NCBI GenBank assembly: GCA_905178155.1
Contig: CAJINV010000005.1
Span: forward strand, 5,615,469 to 5,679,468
Length of the DNA: 64,000 nucleotides
Origin: Amoebophrya sp. A120
Lineage: Eukaryota; Protista; Dinoflagellata
Direction: 5' to 3'
Shown here one piece after another: positions 49,701-62,200 of the stretch. The position numbers were made by a program, and so were the translations under genes. A model generated the notes under the pieces. That model did not search any database and was not told the origin of the DNA. It was given only the letters and a program-made list of their open reading frames with translations. Within the stretch, counting starts at the first letter, position 1, and each line of letters starts with the position of its first letter.

Positions 49701-52700
49701 TGGATAGCGAGTGTGAAGAAAATCTTAGCCGGGTACAGCAACGAGATTGTGGAAATCCAGCTGGTATGCATTGCAAAGGTATCGCACTCGTAGTAATTGC
49801 AGTCATGCATTACAAATCTTTTTCTTAAGGTAAATCAGCACTACAAATTTCTTTTCTCATGCTGAGGAAATTTGTAATGCATTTAGACGAATGCGATACT
49901 TCTGCACTGCATATCTGTCGCAGATAAAGCTGAGGAAACAGAAGTTGAAACGGATATTACCCGAATTGAGGTTCGAAGCCGGTTGCGCCGAACGGGGGAA
50001 AGCGGTGTATTGCGAAGCGGAGGTGAATATCAAGTGCAAAAATGTCTCGGTCTGGAAGATTGCCTGGTTTGTCGTGCATATTTTGCACAACCCATGATGC
50101 CTGTAATGAATGACCTAGCATCAGAGATTTTTAAAAGGGCCTTCTGGTTCTGATGCGTATTCCGCGTGAGAAATGCGGCCCTGTCCGCGTAGCACGAATG
50201 GAACTCCTCTTGCTGGTCATGCAATACAGATTTTTTACCTTGTTCCAAAGACAGCATCACAAGTTACAACCTTCCAGACCCAGACATATTTGCATTCCAT
50301 AGTGAACGACTTCGTGCAGTTTTCCTCGAGCCAAAATTTCTCAGGTACGACTACAGGAGGCTCTGGAACGCCCCGAGCTGCAGCAGCTGCGAATAGTACA
50401 GGAAATAGAAATCCGGGCGACATAGCGAACACAAGAATGTACTACCAGCAACACCACAGGGAAGCGGTGATTCAAGTTTGCGAAAAGATCCCGACTCTAT
50501 CACAGGAAAAAGTGTTATACGTTAACGGTTTTCACAGATTCTTGCAGTCATGCATCACAAATGTAGTTCAATATGCATGCTATGCATGACAAATTCTGAC
50601 ACGTCTTGTGATGCATTTCTGCGTCACAAATTCCGTTAACGTTAACACTTTTTCTTGTGATAGACTCTTCCCCCCATGCAGACCTGGCACAACCAGAAGG
50701 GGAGGCTGACCGCAAATCGGCCGGAGACGGTGGAGATCTCGAATCAGGTAGACAGAATCAAACACCAGATGAAAACTATCGTGCCGACCATTCACGCGGA
50801 CCTGTTCACGTTGTCGCAGTTAGTGACGTTGCCGTTCATGGAAGCAGAGGACAGGAGGAAGTTGGAGTTCGACGTTTTGGTTTTGCCCAACGGGGCGATT
50901 TGCTTCAAGTGCGTTTCTATCCACGATCCGGCGGACGATAGTGAAATAGATGGCGGAGAGGTCGAGGACGACGTTGATCAGGAAAGAACGGACTCGCTCT
51001 CGTTCCCGTCCAAAGCCGACCTGGCGAATTGCGAAGTGGAGGGTCCGGACGCGAGTCTGATCACAGCTTTTACGTTATCACAAGCAAAAGTGTTAAGGTT
51101 GAGGGTTTTCACAGATTGGAGCCATGCATCACAAATTTAGCTTAGTATGCATGTTAAGCATGACAAACTTGGACGCGTTTTGGTTATGCGTTGCTGCGTC
51201 ACAGATTCCGTTAATGTTACCACTTTTTCCCGTGATATACGCAGCAGGAGCTGAGGTTGAGCGGGAACGAATCCGCTGCCGCAGCGATTCTTGCGGGTTC
51301 AACATCTCCGCCGGCGCTGAAGAGACAACGCAAGGACAGCGACGACATTGCTCTTGCTGGGCAGCAAGATGAAAGAACCTCGAGCAGCGCCAGCGGCGGT
51401 GGAAGTTGTGCGATCGAAGAGGACCATCTGCATTCCCTAGCTGGTGCAAATAAAACATCAACTTCCAGCACGACGCTCCATAACACAGTCTCCCCTTCCT
51501 GGGAGCTTTGCCGGTCCCGCCTCATCCAGGCCGGTCGGGGTTCGCAGCTGTGCGCTTTCGGGCAACGGAAGACGAAAGAGGAGGCAAGTATACACTATTA
51601 CGAGTTCGCGTTGAATACCCATTACATCCTGCTCGCAAAGCCCATCGAAGCGTGTTTCAAAGTCCAGAATTTACAGCACAAGCTCGACTTTGGCAAGCAG
51701 CAACCGATCAGCTTGAAGTGTATGCGGTACAAGCCGCCAAAGGTCGGGAATGCAACTAGCGCGCACCCGGAGCCGAAGTTGTATCGGAAGCAATTGCTGC
51801 AAATTTGGGGGGAAGCAATGTGGATATCACAGGAAAAAGTGTTAACGTTAACGGAATTTGTGATGCAGTGACGCATCAGAAAAGGTGCGCAAATTTGTAT
51901 TGCATAGCATGCATAGAAGGCAAAACTTGTAACGCATGACTGCCATTTGTGAAAACCGTTAACGTTAACACTTTTTTGTTTGATAGTGGATGGAGGAAAA
52001 TCACAGCCACTTGGTTTATTTTATCGACGATGGGAAAGTCATACCGAGGACAACTTCTGGCGGTAGTAGCAATAAACCTGCATCACCCGACGACCATCTC
52101 CACCCGGATTTCTATCAAATGTAAAAATGTCTGGGTCTGGAAGGTTGGAACTTGTGATGCTAACTTTGGACTCTAAAAAGATTTGTATTGCATGACCAGC
52201 AATAGGAGCCCAGTTTGTGCTACGCAGGGAGGGCATTTGTCATGCGGGATAGGCATCAGGAAGACCTCTACAAATATGTGATGCCAGACCATGCATTACA
52301 GACATCATGGCTCATGGAAAATATGCATGACAAAATCTCGCAATCTTCCAGACCCAGACATTTTTACGTTTGATAATTTCAAGCAGTTGACAAAAGAACG
52401 GATGATAACCATCGGGAAAAATTACAATTGGAGCCGGTGCCGAGGGTTCGAATTTGTGGACAAACTATTCTCCTGGATTCATTCAGGCATGATCACTGGG
52501 CGTTGCCAGTGGCGGACGCGGTTTAAACTCTTCTGCAGTTCTACGAGGACAGATCAGCTATTCCCTGAAAATTTTTAACCACCCCCAGCCGGTCATTTTC
52601 TGCATGGCAGGCACTGAATTTACTACATGTTTTGCATGACAAATTGGAAGATTATGGGGATGGTTAATGTTTCAGGGAATATCAGCCGATTGAGACGGAT

Positions 52701-55700
52701 CTGTGCGACATGCTGGTCCTGCGCGGTTTAAAATACGATGAGCAGAAGCCAATGACTCGAGCACCAGTGAGCTTGAACTATTTCGGCGGGTTCTGTGATT
52801 TGAAGAAGAACTACAAAAACGTGGGTAGTAGTACAACAGCCTCCTCTTCTATCGTACAAAAAAAGTGTTTCACTGTAAGGATCTTACAGGTTTTGCATCA
52901 CAAGTTTGTTCTACATGACCGAGAAAATTTGCCATGCGAGGTTCCTAAAGGGAAAACACAGCGAAAAATCCACAGTCTTGCATGTGTAGCAAGACAAACG
53001 CTTGCGAGATACACTTTCTGCATTACAAGTTTACAGTGAAACAGTTTTTTCTGGGGATATCTTCATCTTCTGGTCAACGACTTTCCACCACCCCGACTTC
53101 CGCTGCGGCTGCTATGGAGTTCTCAAACGTTACACTCTCAACTGTTACATGCATTTGTCATGCAAAGTTGCCAACAGCCTCCACTTGATGAAGGTGCTTT
53201 AGCATGACAAATTTTCGAAGGGCTAAGCAGCATGGTAATCTGTGGCAAAAAATCTGTGATGCGAAATATGCTGCAACGTTGCCACTTTTACTGTTGCTGT
53301 TCTTGCATTATGTAACGTTTGAGAACGCTATAGGTGCTATGTGGCAGAGGACCCCGAGTCTCGGCAGTCAGCACCCGGGGGGATTGCTGCCGAACGAGAC
53401 AATGTATGAAATGCAAATAGGTCTGGGTCTGGAAGAATGCGACATTTGTCATGCTAGTCTGGAATGACTCTGCACTCTGTATTGCGTGGCCACCAAGCGG
53501 CCCGCTTGCCTTTCATGCGAATAAAGCGCAGTTTCTCATGCGAAATACGCATCACAGAAGCACGAAAAGAGTTGTCATGCTTGGCGGCGCAGTACAGAGC
53601 ACTCTATTGTTCACGGAGTTGCATCACAAGTTTCCAGACCGCCAGACATTTTTGCGATTGAGACAATGCAGCTGCAGTTTGACACGTTAGTCAAGGAAGT
53701 ACTGGACGAGGTAGAAACCATATCGCAAGAAAAAACTGTTTCGCTGTAAATTTGTAATGCAGAAACTGTATCTGAGAAGTGTTTGTCTTGCTATACATGC
53801 AAGACACTAGATTTTTAGCTGTGTTTTCCCCTAGGAATCTCGCATGGAAAAGTTTCTCTGTGATGTAGAACAAACTTGTTTTGCAAAATAACTTACAGTG
53901 AAACACTTTTTTCGTACGATAAACCACGTCGTCAAAGGCCCCCGCCATTGTAACCGGGAAGAAGATGTCCTCGCCATCGAAACGCCCGCCGAGCGACAAC
54001 AAGAAGGGCACGACTAGCAAAGAAGATGAACCAGAAACGGCGATGAAAGTAGACGAGACCTTGGATGAAAAGCAGAAAGTCCTCGCTTTGTTCAAACAAA
54101 AACAGCAGAAAATCAAATCTCTCCCGAAGATCTACTCCACCATCAGCCCTTTCTCCCCGTATTTCCAGCTTCTCCAAGTGCCCTACGGGTGGCATTTGCG
54201 GTACTCCCGCTCCAGCAATCGGTCCTACTACGAGCACGCAACCTTCAAGCAAGAGAAAATCCAGAATTGGCAAAAGCGTGAGAAGCCGCAACTATTGGCA
54301 AAACTGGAAGAAGAGAAGAAGAAGCTCACTGAGGATGTCGCCTCGAAGAGGCAGCAAGCAAGAGTCGAGCACTACAAGAATGCGTTAAAAGCGCAGCATC
54401 CGGACAAGATGCGATTTCACTCTTGGACGGAATTGTACAAAACACCCATTGGGTGGCAAGCGAGAATTCCTTCTGACGTGTGGAAAAACGAAATGAGTTT
54501 CAAGAAGATGCCAGATTCGGTGGAGTTTGGTAGGTTGCAGAAACTGGAAAACCAGAAGAAACCGGACCAGAGGAAACTACTCGATCCGGAGGACACGATA
54601 TGCATCGCAAAAGTTTATCGTATTAGTGGATTAATTGCATTACAAATTAGCTTAGCATGACTGATGTAATTTGTCATGCTGTTTTAGCTGAGAAATGCTG
54701 AACTGCAATTAGTACACGAGTGCGATACTTTTGCAGTGGATACACGAAGTCGCGGTACGACGTGTACTTTGAGAACTCGTTTTTGGACAAGAGGTTCACC
54801 ACCGGCGGCAGTACAGATATCACAAGAAAAAGTGTTAACGTTAACGGAATTTGTGATGCAGTGATGCATCAGAAAAGGTGCGCAAATTTGTATTGCATAG
54901 CATGCATGGAAGGCAAAACTTGTAATGCATGACTGCCAACTGTGGAAAGCCTAATGTTAACATTTTTTTTGTTTGATAACAGGCAGTGGCGCTTCCTCCT
55001 CCGCGGCGAAAACGACGAATAGCACGGTTATTCCGACTGACATGCAGGAGTTGCTGAGAGCGACGGACACCTTTGACAACCGGAACTTTTTCAGCTTGAA
55101 AAACTCGACGATCAAACAGAACACTTCGCTATCCTGTGTGAGAAAAACGTCCCAACCCCGAAGTTGTCATGCAGATTTGCGATTACAGGAACATTTGTCG
55201 TGCGCATCTCCATGAAATGCATTTCAGATCGTGTTCTAAAATTTGTAATGCTGTAAACAGGATGACTGAATTGCTTTGTCATGCAGCTTCCCTTGCTGAC
55301 CACACTACGCTGCAGATGGAAAGAACTTGTCATGCGCAACTCCCAAAACTTGGAGACTTGTCTAGCAGACTTGACTATGGGGTCCTCGTGGGGACGTTTT
55401 TACTCAGGACATTCCCTCTCCTCCGTGGACCTTCTCGCCGTGAAACTGCAAAAAGACGAGATTTCCGAAGAGGCCGTGGCGAATTATCTGAAACAGGAGG
55501 CAAATCGGTTTTACACGGCGAACGTGACGGACTGGAATTTGCCGTTTAAATCCGCAGACCAGTCGACCAGGGATTGGTTGGTCAGTCAAAACGGGATTTT
55601 TCTAGTGAGAAAGTTCGGCCACGAGAGGAGTATCAAGGATTTTACCAGTCCGGAGTTGGCGAAAGTGGATATGGACGACTGGAGACACGAAAAACGGGAA

Positions 55701-58451
55701 CAACCAGAGACTCTCGCTATCAAAGTGAAAAAAAAACCCTCCCCCTATCGAAACGAAGTTTCTGATGCTGGATTTGCGAACACAAATCAGATTTGTCTTG
55801 CTGGAGAGGACTACAGACGCATAGTAATCCGGAGCAGAGCGGCTTTGGCATAGGCACTTAGCATGAAGAACGTCCGCACTGCAGGCCCAACAGCATGACA
55901 AAACGCCTGCAAAATGCGGCGGAGACTGTGGAGCTGCCTTCTTGCAAGACAGACGCGATCTGTGGCCACAAATCAGCAACGCAAATTGTCGAAGACGTGA
56001 CCACGCGTCAATATGTGTATGGGGAGGGGGGATTTTTCCGTGTGATACTCGTGGACGACGCGGCTGTTGAGGACGTGTTTGCTGCGCTGGATGGGAATAA
56101 CGCCGGGTATTTTCATGGGGCAGGACGAACAATGTATGGCGAGGAAGTAGACCAAGGATGGTCACTGGAGCGGGAGCTTTTTGAACAGCAGCAGGAGATA
56201 AATAACGAAAATGGAGGCGGACCTCCTCCGCAGTTGTTCTACAACGAATCTGTACTGCAATTTCAGCAGCAAGTGCAACAGCAAATTCAGGAGTACCAGT
56301 TGCAATCTCCGAATTTTGATGTCAAAGAGGACGAGGACCAGCAGCAGCATCGTGATTTCTCACAACCGCAGGCGCACCAGCAACAAGCGCATCAACTGGA
56401 GGGCGCGCATCAGCATCTTCAGGAGCAATACGGGTGGTGGAGCTCGCCGGAGGAACAGCAGCGTGTCGGGTGGAATAATATTACCGCTACATCGCCCTGT
56501 TCTTGTGAAGGAAACCAAAACACTTTGTTCAATGACAGTCTGCGTCTGTCCCGGTTGCAGAGGAGCTCGGAGGACTTGTTATCCACCGGGAAAAAACACC
56601 CATCCCCATCCAATTTGTCATGCACAACATGTGTATCAGTTCAACAGGGCCCGCGGTTCAACAATGTACCTACCAGTTCAATACCGCCCCGGGGCCTAAA
56701 TATCCTAGAACAAGCAGGCCATTTGATATGCTCGGCGCCAAAAACATATGCAGGTGGAGGAAGGAGTAGGGGGGGCGTTCCTGACCCAAAGGTACGCTCC
56801 TGATCTCAGTGGTACTTAGTCGACCCGGGGGGCCAGGTATTACCTGACCCCCGGTTCGGGTCTGTGCCTGCAATGCTGCAGCGAAGTCGTTTTAGATGGT
56901 GCTGCAGCACAGCTGCGCGCACCTTGATGGGCGCCAAAGGCCCCAAGTCTGTCGCTACAGAAAACGGTAGCCATGACTGCGATCGGCCCTAGTGTTCGAC
57001 CGCTTTCTGTTTGAAACCAGCGCCGCGCACACAGCTTCGGTCTTCGTGCGCCCATTGATCGGAAGCAGCGTCCCTAAATCCTACGGCCGGCAGCCGTGCC
57101 ACCGTAAACAATAGTCGCGCAGCGCTTCGCGCCTCACAAACCAAAATCGCGCGCGCGCGCGCCAAAATACAGGACCTTTTGGGGCTTGTTGCGTGCACAT
57201 TCTTTTTGCGACATATGGCGCCCGCAAGATATGCTCTGTAGCTCATCGGGATTCTTTTCTCCCGTTGCCCGCTCTTTTTTTCGGGGTTTGGCACGTGCAC
57301 TACGTATGGTTCTCTTCTTTTTCGTATGCCCGGAACCTTCACGAACTAAGTAGTTCGTGAACTGGGGTACACTCTCGAACCGATTCACATGCATAAAATC
57401 CGCTAGTTGTCATGCAAAAAATGGATGGGGATGGGTGTAGAAGTCTTTTCCTAGATACTTATCTGAGGAAGAACATTTAGAAGACCGCCTGAACGACTTA
57501 CTCCCGTACAGCTTCTACGGAGGGGATAGGATGAAGGACAACGGTACAACTACTAGGGGCGAACAGCAGGAGACGAACCAGCGAGCTTCAAAAATATTGC
57601 CAGACGAGCCGCGACATCATCAACATCATGACGCGGTGGAGGAACCTGTTCCGTTTAATAGCGAAGGATCCTTTTTGCTGCCTCTGGAAGTAGGAGAGAC
57701 GCAGAGAATCAACGCGGAGACTACACCAGGAGGCACCGCTCGTCGTGCCAGCGAGGATCATCCTCTCCTAGAAGAGCACCAACAGGACGAGGACGAGGAC
57801 GAGTATGACGAAGCGGCGGAGGCCCGGGAGCTCGCTAAGGAATTGGAAAACGGTCTCGGCGCTCTGGTGTTGGAATCGCCAGAATTGCTGGTCTCGTTGG
57901 CAGAGAGCTTGGAGAAGGAGGAGCAGGAAAAAATGAAAAAGGAGAAGGAGGAGGCTGAAGCTCAAGCTGCAAAAGTAGTAGAGGACAAAGAAAATATTAT
58001 CCCCACAACTAGTACAACTGGTGGCCGTGCACCAGCTGCACAAACGAGAAGTTGTCCAGGGGCGCGGCGTCCTAGTTCTCGCGATAAAAAAGCAGCAGAA
58101 GACGACTACGATTTTGAAGCAGAATTGCAGTCTCCCACGGATGTGACCGCGAAGAACCAGCAGGATACGACGGTAAATAACACTTCTGCAGGACGAGCGG
58201 CGTCAAGCGCCAAGGATCAACAGCAGAGTAAATATCTCAAACTGCCACTGGAGGAGCCAGACGAAGCGGGTGATGATGATGTCGAAGATGATCACGATTT
58301 GGATGACCACTGGGATCTTCTTCGCGGGGAGGACGATGACGATCATTGGGATGGATTGAACTCGCCCGGGGCCGCTGGGGATAATTCAGAGGCTCCTGAG
58401 CACAAGAACATCAATAAGCGAAAACTACTACACAAGCGAAAGCTTGTATGA
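40752..58451 (+). CDS. Giant hypothetical protein (~3300 aa), 33 exons separated only by introners; KGKG-rich N-terminus and a WW-like motif
   Basis: Hand-traced continuous frame across 32 introners; VPYGWHLRYSRSSNRSYYEH (~54178-54237) resembles a WW domain. Confidence 0.8.
42307..42489. mobile_element. Introner family C (inverted orientation)
   Basis: TIR; CATGA/CATGG. Confidence 0.88.
42558..42709. mobile_element. Introner family A
   Basis: TIR; CAGCA/TAGCA. Confidence 0.88.
43093..43354. mobile_element. Introner family B
   Basis: TIR; CCCGC/CCCAC. Confidence 0.9.
43420..43571. mobile_element. Introner family A
   Basis: TIR; CGTCT/CGTCT. Confidence 0.9.
43688..43991. mobile_element. Introner family G
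   Basis: TIR; CCGGA/CCGGA. Confidence 0.88.
44027..44308. mobile_element. Introner family B
   Basis: TIR; GAAGG/GAAAG. Confidence 0.88.
44393..44572. mobile_element. Introner family C (diverged)
   Basis: TIR; GCCGG/TCTGA. Confidence 0.8.
44757..45033. mobile_element. Introner family B
   Basis: TIR; GTTTT/ATTTT. Confidence 0.88.
45952..46259. mobile_element. Introner family F
   Basis: tatggaagcgtcaggttt / aaacctgacgcttccata; AACAC/AACAC. Confidence 0.93.
46295..46445. mobile_element. Introner family C
   Basis: TIR; CAGCA/TAGCA. Confidence 0.92.
46591..46757. mobile_element. Introner family A
   Basis: TIR; GTTAT/GCTAT. Confidence 0.88.
47072..47323. mobile_element. Introner family B
   Basis: TIR; GCAGG/GCAGG. 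Confidence 0.92.
47355..47629. mobile_element. Introner family B
   Basis: TIR; AAGGT/AAGGT. Confidence 0.9.
48041..48321. mobile_element. Introner family B
   Basis: TIR, right end ATG; CCGGA/CCAGA. Confidence 0.88.
49317..49468. mobile_element. Introner family A
   Basis: TIR; AATCC/AATCC. Confidence 0.92.
49532..49706. mobile_element. Introner family C (inverted orientation)
   Basis: TIR; GCGAG/GCGAG. Confidence 0.88.
49765..49913. mobile_element. Introner family A
   Basis: TIR; GCTGG/TCTGT. Confidence 0.88.
50028..50301. mobile_element. Introner family B
   Basis: TIR; GTGAA/GTGAA. Confidence 0.9.
50498..50662. mobile_element. Introner family D
   Basis: tatcacaggaaaaagtgtta TIR; GACTC/GACTC. 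Confidence 0.92.
51076..51237. mobile_element. Introner family D
   Basis: TIR; TACGT/TACGC. Confidence 0.9.
51825..51985. mobile_element. Introner family D
   Basis: TIR; GTGGA/GTGGA. Confidence 0.92.
52113..52375. mobile_element. Introner family B
   Basis: TIR; ATTTC/ATTTC. Confidence 0.92.
52559..52681. mobile_element. Introner family E-like
   Basis: tattccctgaaa / tttcagggaata; TCAGC/TCAGC. Confidence 0.88.
52850..53059. mobile_element. Introner family I
   Basis: TIR; TCTTC/TCTTC. Confidence 0.88.
53113..53332. mobile_element. Introner family J
   Basis: tatggagttctcaaacgttaca / tgtaacgtttgagaacgctata; GCTGC/GGTGC. Confidence 0.88.
53405..53663. mobile_element. Introner family B
   Basis: TIR, right end AGA; CAATG/CAATG. 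Confidence 0.85.
53721..53921. mobile_element. Introner family I
   Basis: TIR; AACCA/AACCA. Confidence 0.9.
54599..54742. mobile_element. Introner family A
   Basis: TIR; CACGA/CACGA. Confidence 0.88.
54818..54978. mobile_element. Introner family D
   Basis: TIR; ACAGA/ACAGG. Confidence 0.9.
55130..55411. mobile_element. Introner family G
   Basis: TIR, right end ACA; TTCGC/TTCCC. Confidence 0.85.
55718..56047. mobile_element. Introner (singleton family in this window)
   Basis: tatcaaagtgaaaaaaaaaccctcccc / ggggagggggatttttccgtgtgata; CTCGC/CTCGT. Confidence 0.85.
56580..57457. mobile_element. Introner family E carrying a nested insertion
   Basis: cacccatccccatcc / ggatggggatgggtg TIR core; CTTGT/CTTAT. 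Confidence 0.88.
56632..57387. mobile_element. 756-bp non-autonomous TG..CA element nested in an introner
   Basis: Termini TGTATCAGTTC / GAACCGATTCA (9 of 11 inverted match), CATG duplicated on both sides; empty family E copies read aaaaCATGcataa. Confidence 0.75.
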
Positions 58452-59293
58452 TCATCCACCTCGCGGCACACTTTCATCCATTTGAATTTGCACTGTGACA
58501 AGAAACTTCGTGGTAGCTTCAAGTTGATTGTAGGAAGTTGAAGTGATAGAGTATCTGACTAACTCTAGGTCTAGATCAGCGTCACTGGGGGCTTCTTTAC
58601 GAGAAGGAGAAGATGACAGAAAGGTATTAATTTTCATCGCAGCGCGTTCTCATTATCATATCATGATGTTTGCATGCGCATTTTTTGGCAACGACCATGG
58701 TGCGTCTTGGTCTTGGTTTCAGGGCAGCAGCCGTGAAGAATTTGGTATCTGCAGCTGCTGTCGTTCTTGCTGTCAGTGGTGCAGCTCCTTGCTCTGTTCA
58801 TCTAAGGATCGTTTCAACATCGTGCAAGGCTTAGTTTTCAAAGTCGGCGGCGGAAAAAGAAATGCAAATAGCGTTACGCAGTGGATGGCTTCTTCGCAGT
58901 CACTGTGCGTCTGCCTGTACCTACTTTTGTGGAACAGCACGATGATTTTTATTCTTAGGACCCACATCTTTTTTGTGTTGCTGCTTTTTCGAACAATGTC
59001 TCGTGCGTTTTTGTTTTTTTTTCAAAATATAACCGTCTTGACACTTGTGCACTTGTTTTGTGATCATCTTGCTCATTGTGTTTAGTGTGCGTAACCTGTC
59101 TGTAATAGTAGATGGGCTAGAGGGCGCGCCACGATTTTCCAAAGCCTTGCTTGTTTATGTTTCGCTCAACAAAAGGAACTGCCTCAATACCTGCCTGTGC
59201 AGAGTCAACAAAGTTATCATCTGCATCACTGAAGATTGCAAGCTGCTCACCTTCAAGTCTATTCTGTTCTAGATCTAGTCTGCTTTTTGAAAA

Positions 59294-62200
59294 ATGCGCG
59301 GTTGTGACGATCCAGCATCCGTCGCTGCTGGTCTCAACGTCGTTTCTTTCACCTACAATTGCGGTGGCGTGGAGCCCCCGCAGGAGGAAAATTTAAAGCA
59401 GAAGCTACAGGAAGAGATTCGGGAAAATCTGCTCCAGCAGAGGATTGATTGCAGTCGCAACAGTGATGGAAATGATCTTGTTGATTTTGCTGGTGCGCCT
59501 GCGGCCCATTCTGCTTATATTACCGTCGAACAACAAGCCGCAAATCCATCCACAACTGGAGGCACAACGAGGAGCGCTGGTGACCACAGTGTGTGCTTTA
59601 CCCCGGACATCGTTGTGATCAATCTGCAAGAATGTTGCCCGCTAGCCCTGGCCGCTTTAGGCAACAACGCTTCGGACTCCTACGGAAACAAATGGCGAGA
59701 CGTTTTCATTGAGGCTCTGGGCTACGGGCCATTAGACCGATTGACCTGCAGGTTTTACACCCAGTTGCACGGCGGGAAGGGAGCTTCAGGAACCGACGTT
59801 GCACCTGCGCAAGAGCTCGATATAGAGGAAAAATGCGAAAATTCCGCCGGTGATCAACATGTTGTATCGAGTTGTTCTAGGGCTCATGTCGCGTCCTCGT
59901 CCTCGTCTGCGAGCGCCGTTGCGGCTGCTAGTGACGTAGCTTGTTCCAAAAAGTGCTCCTCAAAATCGTCAGTAAGCACAGCGGCCTCGTCTTCTTCTAG
60001 TTTTGTTTCTACGGCAAGCAGCACTGGTGATTGGAAACAACTCGCAGCTTCCGCTTCGAGCTCTTCCAGGCTAGAAAGGGAAAGACAAATATGCTCATCG
60101 CCGGATAGCAATTGCAGTTCAAATTCGAGCGCCTCGACATCATCGAGTAGCGCTTCATCCTCTTCGACATCTTCCCCGTGTTGGACTACGACGGAGCAAA
60201 TCAGCCCCGCACCTAGAGCCAGTCCACCCGACGAGAGAAGGGATGAAATAAGCCCGAAGGATCCACCAGTGTCGCCGTCGCCCGACGCATTAGTGAACGA
60301 GAAAGGCCGCCGCGATCTGTTCTTCCCACCGGCCTTATCAACATCGGGAGGGGAAGATGTAAATAAACACGCACCACAAATCGCATCAAACGGAGCGGAA
60401 GACGAGACAGTTACGACAAACAGTTGTGGTTCATCTAGCAGCTGCTTCAGCGCTTCAGCGTTATCTTCAACCGCAGTGACGCCAGGGAATTCCAGTTCGA
60501 ATTCCTCTTGTTCTAGCTTTCTCCCGCCCGGCGGCGCAGGTATGGTAGTGTCAGGATCGAAATCGACAAAGTTGAAACATCAATTTGCGATGCATAAAAT
60601 GCAATCCACAGAATGCCTGTCTTGCAGAGTAGGCAAGGTAGGCAGATTGTAAGCCTGATGAGGGGTAGAACTAGAAACTGAGCTGCTAAAGTAGCATGAC
60701 AAAAGGGGTCTTCCTTACCCAAACAGCATGACAAACTGGATTTCGGTTCTACCCAAGTTTGTCATGCACCACTTAGAAACTGGGTTACAACTGGCATCCA
60801 TTTTATGCATGACAAACCATTAACGACTTCAATCCTGGCACTTCCATAGCAGGCAGTCGCTTTTTACAAGTTCCTCAAGCCGGGGGTGCGAAGGTGCGCA
60901 GTGCGGGAGGTCGTGCAGTTGTTGGGCAGCTGACCGCCGAGTCTTCCTCTGCGAGGACAGGCAGCATGACAACAGGAGGTGGAGGCTTTGGGTCCCGCCG
61001 GGCAACCGCGATCACTACGAATAAGATGCAGAAAAATTATAACCGCCGGCCGACACAGCTACCGGAAGAGCTGCAGGGCGGGTCGTTTGGAAGTACTTCT
61101 AGCTGCGCTCAGACTCAGACGCCTGCTGCAGAGGGCAAACAGGACGAAATAATAATAAAAGAAGTTCTTGCAAAAGTTGGTAAAAAATCCCGACGACGGC
61201 GCGGCACAGAGAGCAGTAGCACTGGGGGCTCCTTCATCGACCTTGCTGACTACGAAGACGCAGCCTGTCGCTCTCCCTCGTCACACAGTTGCCAGCAGAA
61301 CTTCTCATGCGAAACGCCGAAAGTAGTAAAGGTGAACAAGCAAGGTGGTAAAGCAGGCCCCAGCTGCTCAGGCGGTAGAATCGACGACGACCACTTTTCA
61401 ACATCCGAAACAACATCCGACTATCCAGGAAAATGAAACACCCATCCACATCCGATTTGTCATGCGAAACACGTATCAAAAAAAGAAAATTTCTGAAGAT
61501 AATGCTGTGTTTGTCATGCAAAAAATCGATGCTGGGGTTGGATTTTTTTTCCGTCAATACCAACAGTAGCCTCGCTGCGGATGTGGAGCACAGTCCAAGG
61601 TGCACCGTTTTGTATCACAGGTAAAAGTGTTAACGTTAAACGCTTTTCACCGATAATTGCAGTCATGCATCACAAATGTAGCCCAATGCGCATGTTATGC
61701 ATGACAAATTTTGGCACGTTTAGTGATGCATTGCTGCATCGCAAATTCCGTTAACGTCAAGAACACTTTTTCCTGTGATATTTTGAGCGCGACGGCAAGA
61801 AATTCCATAAGCAAGGCCATCAGACGGGAGGAGAGGAAGAATAAATCATCACTCCTGCTGCATCAAAAGACCACTAGCACACGGACAAAATTCAGTGGTT
61901 CGTCATCATCCACGACCGCCGCCCACACCGGGGAATGTTATCACTCCTTGGCGTTCGCCCCTATGTCGCAGCAGGTGACGACGCCTCCGAAACTAGGCTC
62001 CATCTCGTCCAAAACCGGACTTTTGCAGCCGCCCGCGCTGCTGAAAGTAGGAGCAGCTCATCCGGGAGGAGGTGCAGGCAATGCAAGTGCTTCGCCTTCG
62101 CATTCTCCTCTCAAGCACATGATCCACCAGTCACGACGCTGCCTGAGCCCCGGTCGGGTAGGACAGGAAAGTTCTCTGAACACATTGCCAAGCACGTGTA

